Shown in pieces: positions 1 to 17,300 of a DNA stretch of 64,000 nucleotides (positions are counted from its first letter, which is position 1; each line of letters starts with the position of its first letter). Source of the stretch: Bugula neritina (taxonomy: Eukaryota > Animalia > Bryozoa); the NCBI GenBank assembly GCA_964035545.1, contig OZ037772.1, positions 12,088,818 to 12,152,817 of the forward strand, in the 5' to 3' direction. Below the pieces are notes generated by a model. That model saw only the letters and a list, made by a program, of their open reading frames with translations, did no database searches and was not told the DNA's origin. The position numbers were made by a program, and so were the translations under genes.

Positions 1-3702
<3,702 letters not shown>

Positions 3703-3732
3703 GGGTTGATAGTAAACCCAGTGTGATGGATA

Positions 3733-3845
3733 CACACCATGAAATCATGGCTGCAGTGTATCATGGAAACATGACTGTATTGCATCATGGAAACATGGCT
3801 GTATTGCATCATGGAAACATGGCTGTATTGCATCATAGAAGCTGC
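3733..3845 (+). repeat. 24-bp minisatellite (CATGGAAACATGGCTGTATTGCAT-like) just after the receptor A stop
   Basis: About 4 imperfect tandem copies. Confidence 0.8.
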
Positions 3846-4759
3846 AACACTAATGAAACGCCAGTGTGCCCGATACACACCGTGGGAATATGGCTGCAGT
3901 GCATTGTGTGAACAACAATACTAATGAAACTCGTCTCACTAATGAACCCTTAAGCAACGTGCCTCCAAATTCTATCATACAGGATAAAATAGAGAATAAG
4001 TTTAATAGAAACAATAAAATGAATGAGCATATAGATATGACATCATCTCAATACGTTGACATATATTAAGTATGTATTATACACATATTTAGTTTGTTGT
4101 TGATACTATCACTTGGTGCACAATTAAGGAGTTTTTAAGTTGTAGGTCTATCTATGGAGTTTTTCTCCAACATAAGGCAATCCATGCATTAAACAACAGA
4201 GATTGCTTCCACAGTATAAGAATACTATAGTGGAGGCAATATACTTTGTACAAAAGCTAATTGAATGCCATCATTTTATTAGCTTTAGTTTCTATACTTT
4301 ACTAGCTTTAGTTTCTATAATTTACTAGCCTTAGTTTCTATATTCTACTAGCCTGTACATGTTAGTATGCCCCATATATGAGTTTTATCATGTTTGGTGT
4401 TTTATTGGCTTATCATGGCTTATCATACAAAATTTACAATTAAAATAGGTTAATTCATTTCAAAATTTGAAAACTTAAAATATATAAAAAGAAAGGATGA
4501 TTTGACGTTTTTTAAACTATAGAAAGAAATTAAAACGTATTGCTAAAATAGAAAAATCCGTTTGTTATACAGGCAGCTGATGATCTGAGCAGATGAAGGT
4601 GAAACATAGTAAATTGCCATATATTTTACTATAATGTCTTATATAAACTACTATAGACAGAATTATATCTAATGTTGCTAATCACACCCTTGGCCTACTG
4701 TTAGACAGTATATATATCCTTGGCCTACTGTTAGACAGTATATATATCCTTGCTCCAAT

Positions 4760-5150
4760 ACAGTCGACCAATCAGATCACAGCACCAATGTGGCTGATGC
4801 TGACGGATATTACGGCAGCATAACCACTCAGTCTGAGTCTTTATATCCTGTAGAACTCACTTCAATAACATGTAGTGCAGCAGACGGTTATATCGGACCT
4901 GACGTGGTGTCTACTGGAGCTAATGGCGTTATGTCACAGCATGACGTGATAGAATTGGACACTTTCTCTAAAAACATGAATAGTTCTGAGTTACTTGAGT
5001 CAGGTGATATGGTGGGATACTTTGGACCAGACATAGTTGATACGTGTGAAAACAAAGATTTAACAGGAAACCTGATGTGACTGATATATACCATGGATTA
5101 GCATGGCTGCAGTCTATTCTGGGAACATGGCTGTAGTGCACCATGGAAAC
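4760..5150 (+). pseudogene. Partial duplicate of the receptor A terminal exon (copy of about 3398-3780)
   Basis: High visual identity to 3398-3780 (ADGYYGSI..YPVELTS..GYFGPDIV). Starts mid-exon with no cognate splice acceptor. Confidence 0.8.
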
Positions 5151-6899
5151 AGCAACGCTATTGTAGTTATGTGTTTGAAACACAATTTTATTACAATTAC
5201 CAAACATGCAGCAATTGAATTAAACTTATGACCATGGCTTATATTTGGATTGAAACTTTTATTATTGTCTCCCCATATGTTTTATAATTTATTATTAAAT
5301 TTTTATTTAATAAAAGATATAAAAGATATAAAAAATGTAGCTGTAAAATATTATTTATTATTTAGAGTAATAAACAATTTGTTAAAAGACATTATTTTGT
5401 GGAGAAGGGACTATATTAGTTGTTACACACCATTTTGCTATTCTTTGGCAGATAATATATAATATATAGCCAGCTGGAACCCTTATAATCTTAATTACAT
5501 TGATAGTAATTGTCTCCTCTACACTTCTTTGATATGCGTTACACACATGTGAATGTGCAAGTAGATCAACTAGTCAATCTAATTAAAATGTTTCAGTTAA
5601 GAACTATTCAGATTGAAATATGATTTCTTTTGATATGTGAAAGCAGGTCATGTGATAATAGTCTCATTTCTCAATCTTGGAGACTAGTTTTTGAACTATG
5701 AAAAGTGTCTAAAAAGTCACATTAGTATTTCTAATTGAAGCTATGAACTTTAGCACACTAATGATGTGTAACTTGTAAGCTTGTTATACTGTTGGCACAG
5801 TTTTATACATTTGCCACAGAATATATTCAACTAGTGATTCCAGAATTAATAAAAGCACACGAGTAAAATTTTCTACAAGCAAACAGTCGCAAAGCCTTGA
5901 AGTGTTGCTCGAGCACATTTTAAAAATCGACTGCGCAAAATGTAAAATATTTGGGTTTGTCTCCCCATGTATTTTGATTTACAAAAAGTTTCTGCTTAAC
6001 GTTTTATAAAACAGTTAATTTATAAAGAAAATTTGTTTTTTAATTTGTTAATATGCATCAACTATTAAAATTAATAATAATAATATAAATATAATACTAT
6101 TATTTCTTAATATGACTCTTTTTGAGTTGTTACACACCGTTTTGTTATTTATTACGATTTAATTAGTAGTCAGCTGAGAACCATCCTTGGGTAGAGTGTG
6201 TTCATAGCGCACGATGATATTATTAATGATTCATCTAGTAAACTTTGCAATTGCATAAAAGGTTAATATCAGACTACGTAGATCAGTCAACTTGCTAATG
6301 TAGTTGAGGTTATCTAGTAGAATCGTACTTAGGGTAGCAAGACGCACCCTTGGCCTACGTCCAGACAGTGTATATCACTGCTGGTACTGTCATAATACAA
6401 ATAAATATGTTGAGCTTATCGAAGTCCGCTTTTGTCGCAGGCTACGTCTGGTCTATAGCCATTTGGTTGGAAAGTCCAACGAAAGCCCCTCTGTTATTTG
6501 ATTTGATAACGTTTTCTCTACAATAATTGTCACTGTTTTATGTGGAAAATATACAAAAAATTTTAAACAAACAAAGTAAGACTATTAAAGCAACTCTGAG
6601 AATCGTGATCACATCCACTAATTGGCTGTATTTTCACAACATTACACTAATTGGGTTACATGGGAAACATTTATAACAAGTATGTTGTGTTTTGCCTGCC
6701 CATAGTAGCCCATCAATAACTTTTAATGAGTTTATTGGCAGTTATTATTCAGGGTAGATCTAAGTGTTTATATTAAGTTTTGCTGCTATAGTCTTCTTTC
6801 CCTTGTAATTATGTAGTTTGTAATATTTTCGTATTGATGGTAAATACTTCAATTCATTCCTTTTGTAGAACTGAGATGTTTACAAATAATATTCACAGT

Positions 6900-9670
6900 T
6901 ATAAAAGAAAGCATAATGTTTTGTTTGGATCAGAATAATGAGATATAGAAGTTGGAATGTCCTAAAAAATTCCAGGCGAGAAACTGCAACAGTTGGGTCC
7001 ACTTATGCGGCTTAAAGTTATAAAATAACTCAGTAATTTTGATAGTCTTGTTGTGATTGATTTCCCAGCTTTTATTAATTGTGCTTAATTGTATAAGTAT
7101 AACCACTGAACTGAAACTATAGTTCAATGAGTATAGCATTGGAAAATTAGGGTTTGTCTCCCCTACATTAATTTTAAATTGACAAAACATAATTTTATAA
7201 GCTGTAGTAAATAAAATAAACAAAAATAATATTTCAAATTACTTGACTTATTTTTAAATCAATTAAAATAATGTATTGAATAAATATCTTCAATGAAAAC
7301 GGCTATTTTAAAATTAAGACACCTAAAATTTATATGTTTCAATTATGTCAGTAGTGACCAGTACACTCATGGTAAGATAGAGTGTACTTTCTAAAGTGCA
7401 TGTAATCAGGCTGGGTAATTTTTCTCAAGGTTCTGACGCTGTGTGTAAGCTGGTCAGCCAGCTGACACCAGCATGTCAGGTTATGCAGGGGTGTTATCAG
7501 GTGTTCTGAACTAAGTGAGTGCTTTGTGCACATAGATATTTCTAGCACCTGTTAACATACCATGTCGCATGTAATGTGCCCAACTATAAGAGCTCTGCCA
7601 ACGGCGTAGTCCACCGGACTTGGCTGGTCTTGCCAACTAGTCTAGTGTTCTAGGTTTAAAAGATAAGTAAAATAAATATTATACCCAAAAATCAATTTTT
7701 CAGCCAAAACAAATTTTGCTTAATTCTAAAATGCAGCACTTATTTATCTAAAATATTTAGAAGTGGAAGTTTTTTGCTGTAGCTTCCAAATTTAGATTCG
7801 GAGTTGTGTCCCCGTTTCACTAAAACGCAGTAAAATATGAAAAATTTGAGTTTTTACTGGGTAAAATGTAGGCTGTGGAGTTATTCCCTCGGTTTTTTCT
7901 ACAAAAAATCCATTTTCAGAAAAAAATAACAAAAAATGGCACCTCCTAGCCACAGTTCCACAGAAGAAAGGTGGTCTATTTCGTGAAAAAATGAGTAAAA
8001 AGAACCATTCAGACCTAAAACAATAAAGCTTCGTCAACTACTCACAGCGATAAAGAATGCATTCTAGATAGGTGCTTATGGGTCTGGCTGCGCAGAAACC
8101 TTTCAGAATTGAAATGTACGGTTCTACTGGCATCAATTTGTTACTTTTTGTAGCTTTTGAGCCGTTTCAGAGGATTCTGTGTGAAATTGGTGCCATTTTT
8201 GAAGTTTTTCCTACAAATAAGGATTTTATTGTAGAATTTTGTTAGGAATGGTACAGTGCCTGGGCAAGGAAGTGCTATTTTTTGCAAAATCTCCCTTTTT
8301 TGTAGGAAAAATCGAGGGAACAACTCCACAGCCAACATTTTACCCAGCAAAAACTCAAATTTTTGATATTTTACTGTATTTCAGCGAAGCGGGGACACAA
8401 TTCCAAATCTAACATATGGGAGCTAGGAAAAATTTTCAGCATGCTGAAAAAGTGCGGGGAGAAAACTCAAGATCTAGAGTTTGGAAGCTAGAGAGATTTT
8501 TTTGGCAAGCTGAGAGCCGCAGGATGTAGCTGAAAAAGGAAGCTAAAAGTTCCTTTTATTGGATTAGGTATTTGGTATAGGTTAGAGGACCAAGCAAGCC
8601 CGGAGAACCAGGCAAGCCCGGAGAACCAGGCAAGCCCGGAGAACCAGGCAAGCCCGGAGAACCAGGCAAGCCCGGAGAACCAGGCAAGCCCGGAGAACCA
8701 GGCAAGCCCGGAGAACCAGGCAAGCCCGGAGAACCAGGCAAGCCCGGAGAACCAGGCAAGCCCGGAGAACCAGGCAAGCCCGGAGAACCAGGCAAGCCCG
8801 GAGAACCAGGCAAGCCCGGAGAACCAGGCAAGCCCGGAGAACCAGGCAAGCCCGGAGAACCAGGCAAGCCCGGAGAACCAGGCAAGCCCGGAGAACCAGG
8901 CAAGCCCGGAGAACCAGGCAAGCCCGGAGAACCAGGCAAGCCCGGAGAACCAGGCAAGCCCGGAGAACCAGGCAAGCCCGGAGAACCAGGCAAGCCCGGA
9001 GAACCAGGCAAGCCCGGAGAACCAGGCAAGCCCGGAGAACCAGGCAAGCCCGGAGAACCAGGCAAGCCCGGAGAACCAGGCAAGCCCGGAGGGCGTTGCA
9101 CTCGTTAGCACCAGAGTACAAACTACAAAGGCAGTTCTCAACCAGTTCGCCAGACTCAAACTCCTGTTATGAAGCCGCATCAGATTCTCTGGTTAGTTCA
9201 CATGCCTGTACTCACGTGCTAATAGCAACACAGCGCTACACTGCACGTACATTTGGTCGATACTGAAATAAAAAACCATATAAATCCCAGGTGTGATACT
9301 ACCAAAAAAGTCTTTTTTAAATGCAAAACCTCGTTTCATGTATCATTTTGATTATTTAAAAATAAATTAAAGACTAAAATTAATTTTATGTTTAAATTAT
9401 GTTTGGTTCTTTTACAAATATTGTTTTTCAATTTTAAATAAATGCATGGGGAGACAAATCCTAATTTTAAAATTTTGCGCTTACACAAGTAATATGAAGC
9501 TGTTAAATCACTCACAATAATTATATCAGAAAGTATTGTTTAACGTTGAGCTGCACGAGTGAGTCCAACTGCTTTTGTTCAGTTACATGAGAAGATACAA
9601 CTTCTATATTTCATAATTTTGAAAGAAAACTGAATGTTGCCTAATATGTCCCTTTACAAATGTGCTTTTA
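6900..9670. mobile_element. Large foldback/palindromic non-autonomous element, copy 1
   Basis: Inverted pairs 6900-7030/9540-9660, TTAGGGTTTGTCTCCCC 7147-7163 / GGGGAGACAAATCCTAA 9448-9464, and 7790-7918/8293-8412. No transposase ORF. Boundaries approximate. Confidence 0.65.
8591..9090. repeat. 18-bp minisatellite CAGGCAAGCCCGGAGAAC, about 28 copies
   Basis: Essentially perfect tandem array inside the right arm of the foldback element. Confidence 0.97.
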
Positions 9671-11323
9671 TCTGTTAAACTTACAAAATATGCAGAAGTA
9701 TAGCATCAAATTAGTGAAAATCTTGAAAGATATCTAAAAGTTAGTAACAAATAATTTGCAAAGCACTTTTGAAAAAATTAATGTGACGGAAATACGTTGC
9801 ATTGTGTAGCGCAGCTAAATGTGACAAAAAGATTGTGTGGAGCAGCTATAAACAAAAACACTTGGGCAATATATTATACAACTTTGAGATATGATCCAGT
9901 TTAGCTGAGGCTTGTGTTGCAGTGAGCATACATGTTGAAAGTTTACTAACAGACCTGCTCTTGCTGAGACATGTGAGTTGAAAGTTGGTTGACTGACAGT
10001 ATTTGCACTGATATAATATTATGTGCTACAAATATCTAAAATTTATGCACAATATATTCTCATTGAATAGCTGCTTTCATTTTCTCTCACCAAATATTAT
10101 GGTAATATTTTGCAAAACTTTCTGCTGCTGTTTTCACATAACTTAGGAAATTGTAGACTGTAGAGTTGTCTTCTCATAAGGAATTGCTCTACAAATCTCT
10201 AAATTAGTTGTGATAATAAACAAAAAGTGGTGTAAAAAATAAGACATCCATAATGCAGAAAATCTGCATGTTTGATTTATATAGAAGCTCTTACATGGTT
10301 TAAAACTGAAAATTATTTGCAATTAATTATTACGCACCGTATAACATTATTATCACCCCTACCTCATAGCTGTCACTAACTACAAGATGTTTATTTAACT
10401 AAGTGTTATGCATTCAGTGCAAAGTTTCAGCTAGATATGTATCTTGCTGAAATTATAATAAAAAGGTGTCTTGATTTTAAAATAAATTTATTTCTGATGA
10501 TATTTCGTTTGTTTTAAAATTCAAATACATTGTATAAATTTATAATAATTTTTAAAAATGTTAAGCAAATTATTTATTGTTCTTTACCATTATATGCCTA
10601 AGTATAATAAAAATAAAAAGAGCAAGGGAGACAATCACTAATTCTTGCACTGGCTTTAGGAACGCGCCGTAGAATTCAATGCTGCTGGGATGTATTTTGT
10701 GAGAAGACTTTGTCTGTTGATATTAGGCAAGAGTTAAATGTCAACCTCACATATTATATTGAATAAGCTTCTTCGAATATTTAAGCAACGAGTTTAAATT
10801 TAAGAATTTGCAATAAAATCGCTCAACACCTGCTAATAAGCAAAACTAACAAGCAAATCTGATTCCGTCTATTCCAGTATATGCGTTGAGTGACTGCATT
10901 CCTTTAAAGAGTTTTGTGAGAAAGTATTTGTATAGGTTTCAAATTTTATAGCAATCATTCTGGACACTATACAACACAATTTTTTACAAGCTTAGAAAAA
11001 ATGAAAGCAATGTCTATGCATGTATACCAATTGTTAATGTCAGATTAACCTGGTATAATCTTGCAAGTTTTGGCTAACATTCAATAATTATCATGATGCA
11101 TGCATTCCCTTCGTTATATAGATGCATCTCTTATGCAATCTTTAGTACATATCTTAGAAAAGTTTTTTATAAATACCTCAAGACACAATACTTGTGAATA
11201 AAAAGTGACTAATACTTGAGGAAATAGTTTCTGTTAACTGGGAGTTTGAATACTTCAAAAGTTATAGTAAACCAGCTGCTCTATAAAAGTATATGGTGAG
11301 AGTTTCAGTAACTCTGGTAGTTA

Positions 11324-14300
11324 TTAGTAGCATTCTATATAATCCTTTTCTCTGTCTTTTATATTCTCGTTTTCAGCTGGGCCAAAATAAGAATAGCAGT
11401 CATGTACTGAATTGAAGTCTGAATCGGTTTTGTCAATAGCCTGATTTTCTGATTTGCTGATATGACTAGACTGACTTTCTGATTGGCTGATATGACTAGA
11501 CTGACTTTCTGATTTGCTGATATGACTAGACTGACTTTCTGATTGGCTGATTTGATCTGTACCAGATGAGCTATACTTTCTACTGCCAGACATAGATAAG
11601 TCATCTGTACAGACCGCAACTTGTCCAACATACTGACTGCTCAAGTTTTTAGTAGAAACTGGCTGTAAATAATCATCCACGACTAGCTGGTTATTAGTAT
11701 TAGTCACTGATTGACTCGGCTGACTGACTCTGCTGCCGTAGTAGCCATCAGCATCAATAGCATCGTCGTAGTCGTCTGCAACACTCCTATCTGATGGAGA
11801 GAACGTTTCTGTACCTTGCTTAGAAAGGCGGTCAGTTTCACCACAGCTTGAGCTTTTGCTAAACAAACTTCTGGCGTAAGGGTAGCTGTATTCAAACTCA
11901 TACTCCGCCCCAACCTCAGACGGTATGCACGGAAGAGCTCCAGTTCTAAAACAAATACTATTTTACAATTTCGACTGCGTAGCAACTGGGTCATCGATCG
12001 ATGACTATCAGTAACTGTGAGTGATTATCACTGACTGTCAGTAACTGCGAGCGACTGTCACTAACATAATGTGCATCTTATTTACAGCACTCATGCAACT
12101 ACATAAAAATCAAACTTCTTCAACTTGTACTGTAGGATTTTAGTTGCATGTTTGTACTTCGTCATGTATCCAATGAGTTATATACATATATACGTATACG
12201 TATGTTGTAGTCACCTGACACTGTGACTTTTCAGGGCAGGAAACACCAGATCGTCGTCTGCAGTGACAGGCAAGTAATACTCGTCACTCTCCACTGAGTC
12301 TGTGCGTTGAATCGAAGGACCAAATTCTGTCATCAGAGTACAAAATAACAAAACTAATGTTGTTGCGCAAATTAGTTTAAAATTAGTAGTTTATAAAGTT
12401 TAAATCATCGTTATATCACTTTTACTGTTAATTTCTTATAAGTTCAATACAAACATATATCTTAAAAGAAATTTATGCTAATCTTTTATTCTGATTGAAA
12501 TAGAACTGTTTTAAAATTTGTGTAGTTGTGTTCACATGTTTACAAACAGAAATTTTTTTCATTAATTACACTTATACTCTTTAGAGTGTGGGTATAGCTT
12601 TAGCACCTACCAATGCTTTTCTTGGATTGTAGCTTTGTGGCTGAGCTACAATTTACAAAATAAATATATAATTTAAAACAAAAATATAAGAATTTATGAC
12701 TGGTTACAATTATATCAGAAGATTTCATGTTTCAATAGTAAATATTTATTAACAATTCTGCTACTATAACTGTTAAAGCTTTAATAAATGATTGCGCAAT
12801 TATGTTTTGTACCTGCTTATAAGGCATAGATTAGTTGTGTTTAGTTCTAATACTGGAATTCCACAATAGGAAACGGCCAATAACACGATGGCATTTGTGA
12901 TAACAGCCAATAAAATGATGGCATTTGTGAGGACAGCCAATTACATGGTGGTATTTGTAAAAACAGCCATCTTAAAATTGAAGCAAAAGCACACTGTTTC
13001 TATAACTTACTTTCTCAATTTTTCTCGCTGACAACGCCGATAACGAACATACGTTGCTATGACAACCGCTGTAATAATCATGGCAGTTGGCAGACAGGCA
13101 GCCAGTAGAATGACAGCCAGTGATATGGAAGGTGCTTTATCCTCTACAATAGCCACGTAACCAGCTACAGCAACGCAATGCTCTAGTAAATTTACAACAC
13201 TCTTTATATTAAATAGTGTAATGTAATATATAATCTAATATAATATAATGAACTACATATAAATATATAAACATACAGTAATATTATAAATAGTTTCTTT
13301 CATGGTAAGAAGTATTTTCATAAGAGAACTATCAAAATATGTTTTTGTAGAGTATAAGATTTTAAAAAATTTGCAATGCAGCTTGCGATAGTTTTGTTAT
13401 AGGATATGCTAATCTTCTTGGAGTATTTCAAAATCAATAACCATTGCAATAAAGCATTAAATATGAAAAAACAATAGTATATTAGTACTTGAAATTGCAT
13501 TTATAGATTGTTTCTAGCAGTTCAAAAATGATTGAACCTACAAACATTTTGAAACCTAATTTAATATATATTATTATAATACTTGTAATTGTTGCCATTT
13601 TTCAATACAATAAAGAATAATTTATAATCAATAATCAATACAATACAGAAGTTATAATCAATTTAACCAATACAATAGATAAATTGTAATCCATAACAAA
13701 TACAAGACAGACGTTACAATCAGACGTACCATTACACTGGGGAAGAGCAGACCAAGTGCCGTCATGTAGACAAGTTACAGAGCCTGAGGGACTAGAAGTA
13801 GAGTATCCAGAGTTACAGGTGTAGTTTGCTACGTCCCCATAATAGGTTCCTGAGCTCGTGACAGTAGAGTTTGAGACAGATGGAGGAGGGCCACAGTTTA
13901 TTTCTTTAAAACAGACATGTGGAAACATCAAACAAATATTATGTTGTGTCATATTATACTATATTACATTATATTATATCATATTATATTATAGTATATT
14001 AGTATATTAAATTATAATAGAATATTTATACATATTGGATTAGAAAAGCTATGCACAGCAGTTAAATATTAATTGCTGTTTATTTTAAATTGTTAGTGTA
14101 GAGCTAATTATAACATGTTATATAATATATTACATAATATATGTCCAACAAGCAGCGTTGAAAGCAATAACAGCAATGAAATGATTTACTGGAGCACAGA
14201 GGTGGAGTTGACCAGGTATCGTTAGTTTGGCAGGTTATAGTCTGAGAACCTGGAGACATGGTAAACCCAGTGCGGCACGTGTACGTAGCCGTATCCCCAT

Positions 14301-17300
14301 AGCTTGTGCCGTTGATGCTTACAGTAGAGTTGGAAACAGTTGGGGGGTCATCGCAACCTATTTCTTGAGAATTAACAGATTTATAATTTACTCACAAACC
14401 TCAAATAATATATAACATGTAATATAATACAACAATACAATACATATAACTATTACTTTATACATGAAATCCATTTTATTATACTCTATATTATATTATA
14501 TCATATTATATCATATTATATTATATCATATTATGTTATATTATAATACATTGTTTACTTAGAAACTTTAAAAAATATATATCATATTATATGCAATATA
14601 GTACAACAATGCAATATAACATCCTATTACCTCATACAATACATACTATTACTATCTATTATATAATAATACATACTGTGACACACTGGTGGATCTGTCC
14701 ATTTGACAACTTTGGATTGTGTATCAGTTTTGCATTCAATAAGATTGGAGCCGCTAGTAATATGGTAGCCTTCCACGCAGCCATAGGCTACAGTTTCCAT
14801 GTATACTGTTCCTGTTGTTTCATTGATATTGGAATTCAGAACAGCTGGAGGTAGTCCACAGCTCACATCTGTATTAAAATAAAACAGAGTCAAAACAACC
14901 ATATTGAGAAAAACCAGATTTATTTTAAGCCCTTCAACAGTCAAATTTATTGAATTCTAAAAGCTGCTCCACACAATGTTCCTTTATTATGACTCTGTAA
15001 CTGAGCATAATAAATTTAATATTTGAGCAATGAAGTTGCATGTATAAACTATGAGAAGACAGAAACTTACACATTGTGGAGAATATAAAATTCCTGAGAG
15101 AACAACTTTCAAAGGCTTCCAGAGACAAATTCCCAAAGCCTGGGTAGCACCATGCCACGACGGTTACTGTGTGGGGTGGAGCTTCGTAGTCCCCTATTTT
15201 ATCGTAGCTTGACAGCCCATCTGCAACAATAAATACAAAATGAACACATTTCATCATATTGTACTTATTTTCTACACCTTCAATTTATTTATTTTTATTA
15301 TCCTTTTCTATTGTATAATCATTTCCTAGTAGTTAAATAAATGCATTATGTAATGCGTGTGCTATAAAAACTAGTTGAAATAATGCTAAGATGCGATCTA
15401 CCTTTTAGGCTAAATACTTTTAGAACGAGTAATGTTAGAATAGCCATTCACTCAGGTTATTAAAAATTAACTATAAGAATTTTATAAATAAGGACTTCAG
15501 GGTAATTACAAAATTTTTAATAAATTTTTATTAATTCCACCGTAATTATCAAGACACATCAGGATACACTAATTAAAGCCGACGTTTTTGATTGAATGCT
15601 TTGAGTTGTCTCCCCTCAATGAAGATCCTGGAATACTATTAAACATATAGTATTTATTCAGATGTCAGAAATGTTCATATGAGCTAGTAGCTCTATTCTG
15701 TATGCAAAACAAGAAATAACTTTTTTTAAATTAGTTTAAGGGAAGAGGCTGTCGCTGTCATTTCATTCAATTTACTAAAAATATTAAAAAATCATTAGAG
15801 TGCCGTTAACAGTTTATCTGATCAGAGTTTTCAATGACCCTAATTAAATTACATTTATTTTTAGCCTATAGAGACAGTTTAAGTTATGCTAAAAATTATA
15901 AAAACATTTCTTTAAACTCTAAATAATGTTTAAAGATACAAATTAAATTGTTTTGTTTTGTAATACATTTCTATGTGCACTATAATTGACAGAAAACTAG
16001 TTAATAAACTCAAATAAAAGCCAAGCCTGAGTACCTTCATATATGCAGGACACATTTTCTTCAGTTGTACTCCATCCCCCTCCCAGGGTGCAGTTGTAAG
16101 CTGCTCTATCAGTTTGATTTATTGAACTATAGTCAAGCCAACAGCTTTGGTTGTCGAAGAAAGGGGCAGCCCTTGCATGTGCTTGATCAGTGATTTCACT
16201 GCAGGTTACTGGCACTAAAAGCATCCAATCATAGCTGAGCTTTCATGCAAATATTTATTTATAACATTTCTAAAGTATAGATTCAAAATATGCTAAATCA
16301 CAGTGAATGATGATGCTACTGTTGAGTTGGAGACTGACGCCATCTTATATGTGTTAAATATTGGAATAAATCAGTAGAGTTGTAGTTGACAAGACTGTTA
16401 TACCTTGGGTAAAAAGAAGAAGAAAATTTAAGAACGAGAAAAGTATTGTGGGTAATATACTGAAGTATTTGTACAGAGCAAAGACAATTACTATTATGAG
16501 TATTCATTAATATTGGTAGCAATATATAAATGTTTATTGTATTGTATCATATCAACAGCTACAATAATATTATAATGATTGCTAAGTTGAACAATATTTA
16601 TTATTTATAGGTGCCTTTATTCAAAATGATTAAAAATAAATAAAGTTTATTAGTACTACTGCCACTGTTGTTGCTGGTGTATTGCTGCTGTTGATGCTGC
16701 TGCAACTACACCTAGCAGTGCTACCACCACCACTTCTAACAACAATGGCTCTACCATCAACATATTAGCGGAATTTTAAAAAGTAATACCAAAATCCTCC
16801 TTAGTACACATTTTTAATTGAACTTGTAAATTACATATTTAGTCTTCTAACTCACGAGGCTCAGAGTGGAACTCCAGTATAAAACCAGAACCGGTAGGTT
16901 GCCCATTTGGAGAAAACCGAACAAAAATTCCATTTGGTGCATTCAGGTACAGAACTTGTGCGGATGTCCCACAAAGAGGCTCAGCCAAACTCTGCTTAAC
17001 ATCTGAATAGTCATTAGAAATTACCTGCAAAATATAGCAAGTTATAATGAAGTGCTATCTTCGAGATCCATAAGCATGGAGATTATATTTTAGCATGGGT
17101 AATCAGGTTCTGCCATTTGTCTTAGGAAGATGAATTGAATGTTGCTAAATGCTCATCAAATAGTAGTGAATTCCTTCTTCCTTAACTGGCCAATAACAGC
17201 ATGCAGTAGGTTTTACACTGTAAGGTAACACTGTATATTATAGTTCTATACTCCTAACCCATGAGCAGAGTTATGGCAGCTAAAGTTATAATTTATAAAA

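Noticed and set aside
8488-9180. Collagen-like ORF (GSPGLP)n and its alternate frames as a real collagen gene
   Set aside because: Perfect 18-bp DNA repeat with no synonymous variation, no signal peptide or collagen terminal domain, embedded in a foldback element.
14340-14350. Suspected frameshift in a Sushi exon of receptor B (exon missing from the ORF track)
   Set aside because: The G6 run keeps the frame (CDDPPTVSNS); the exon is intact and merely lacks a start codon.
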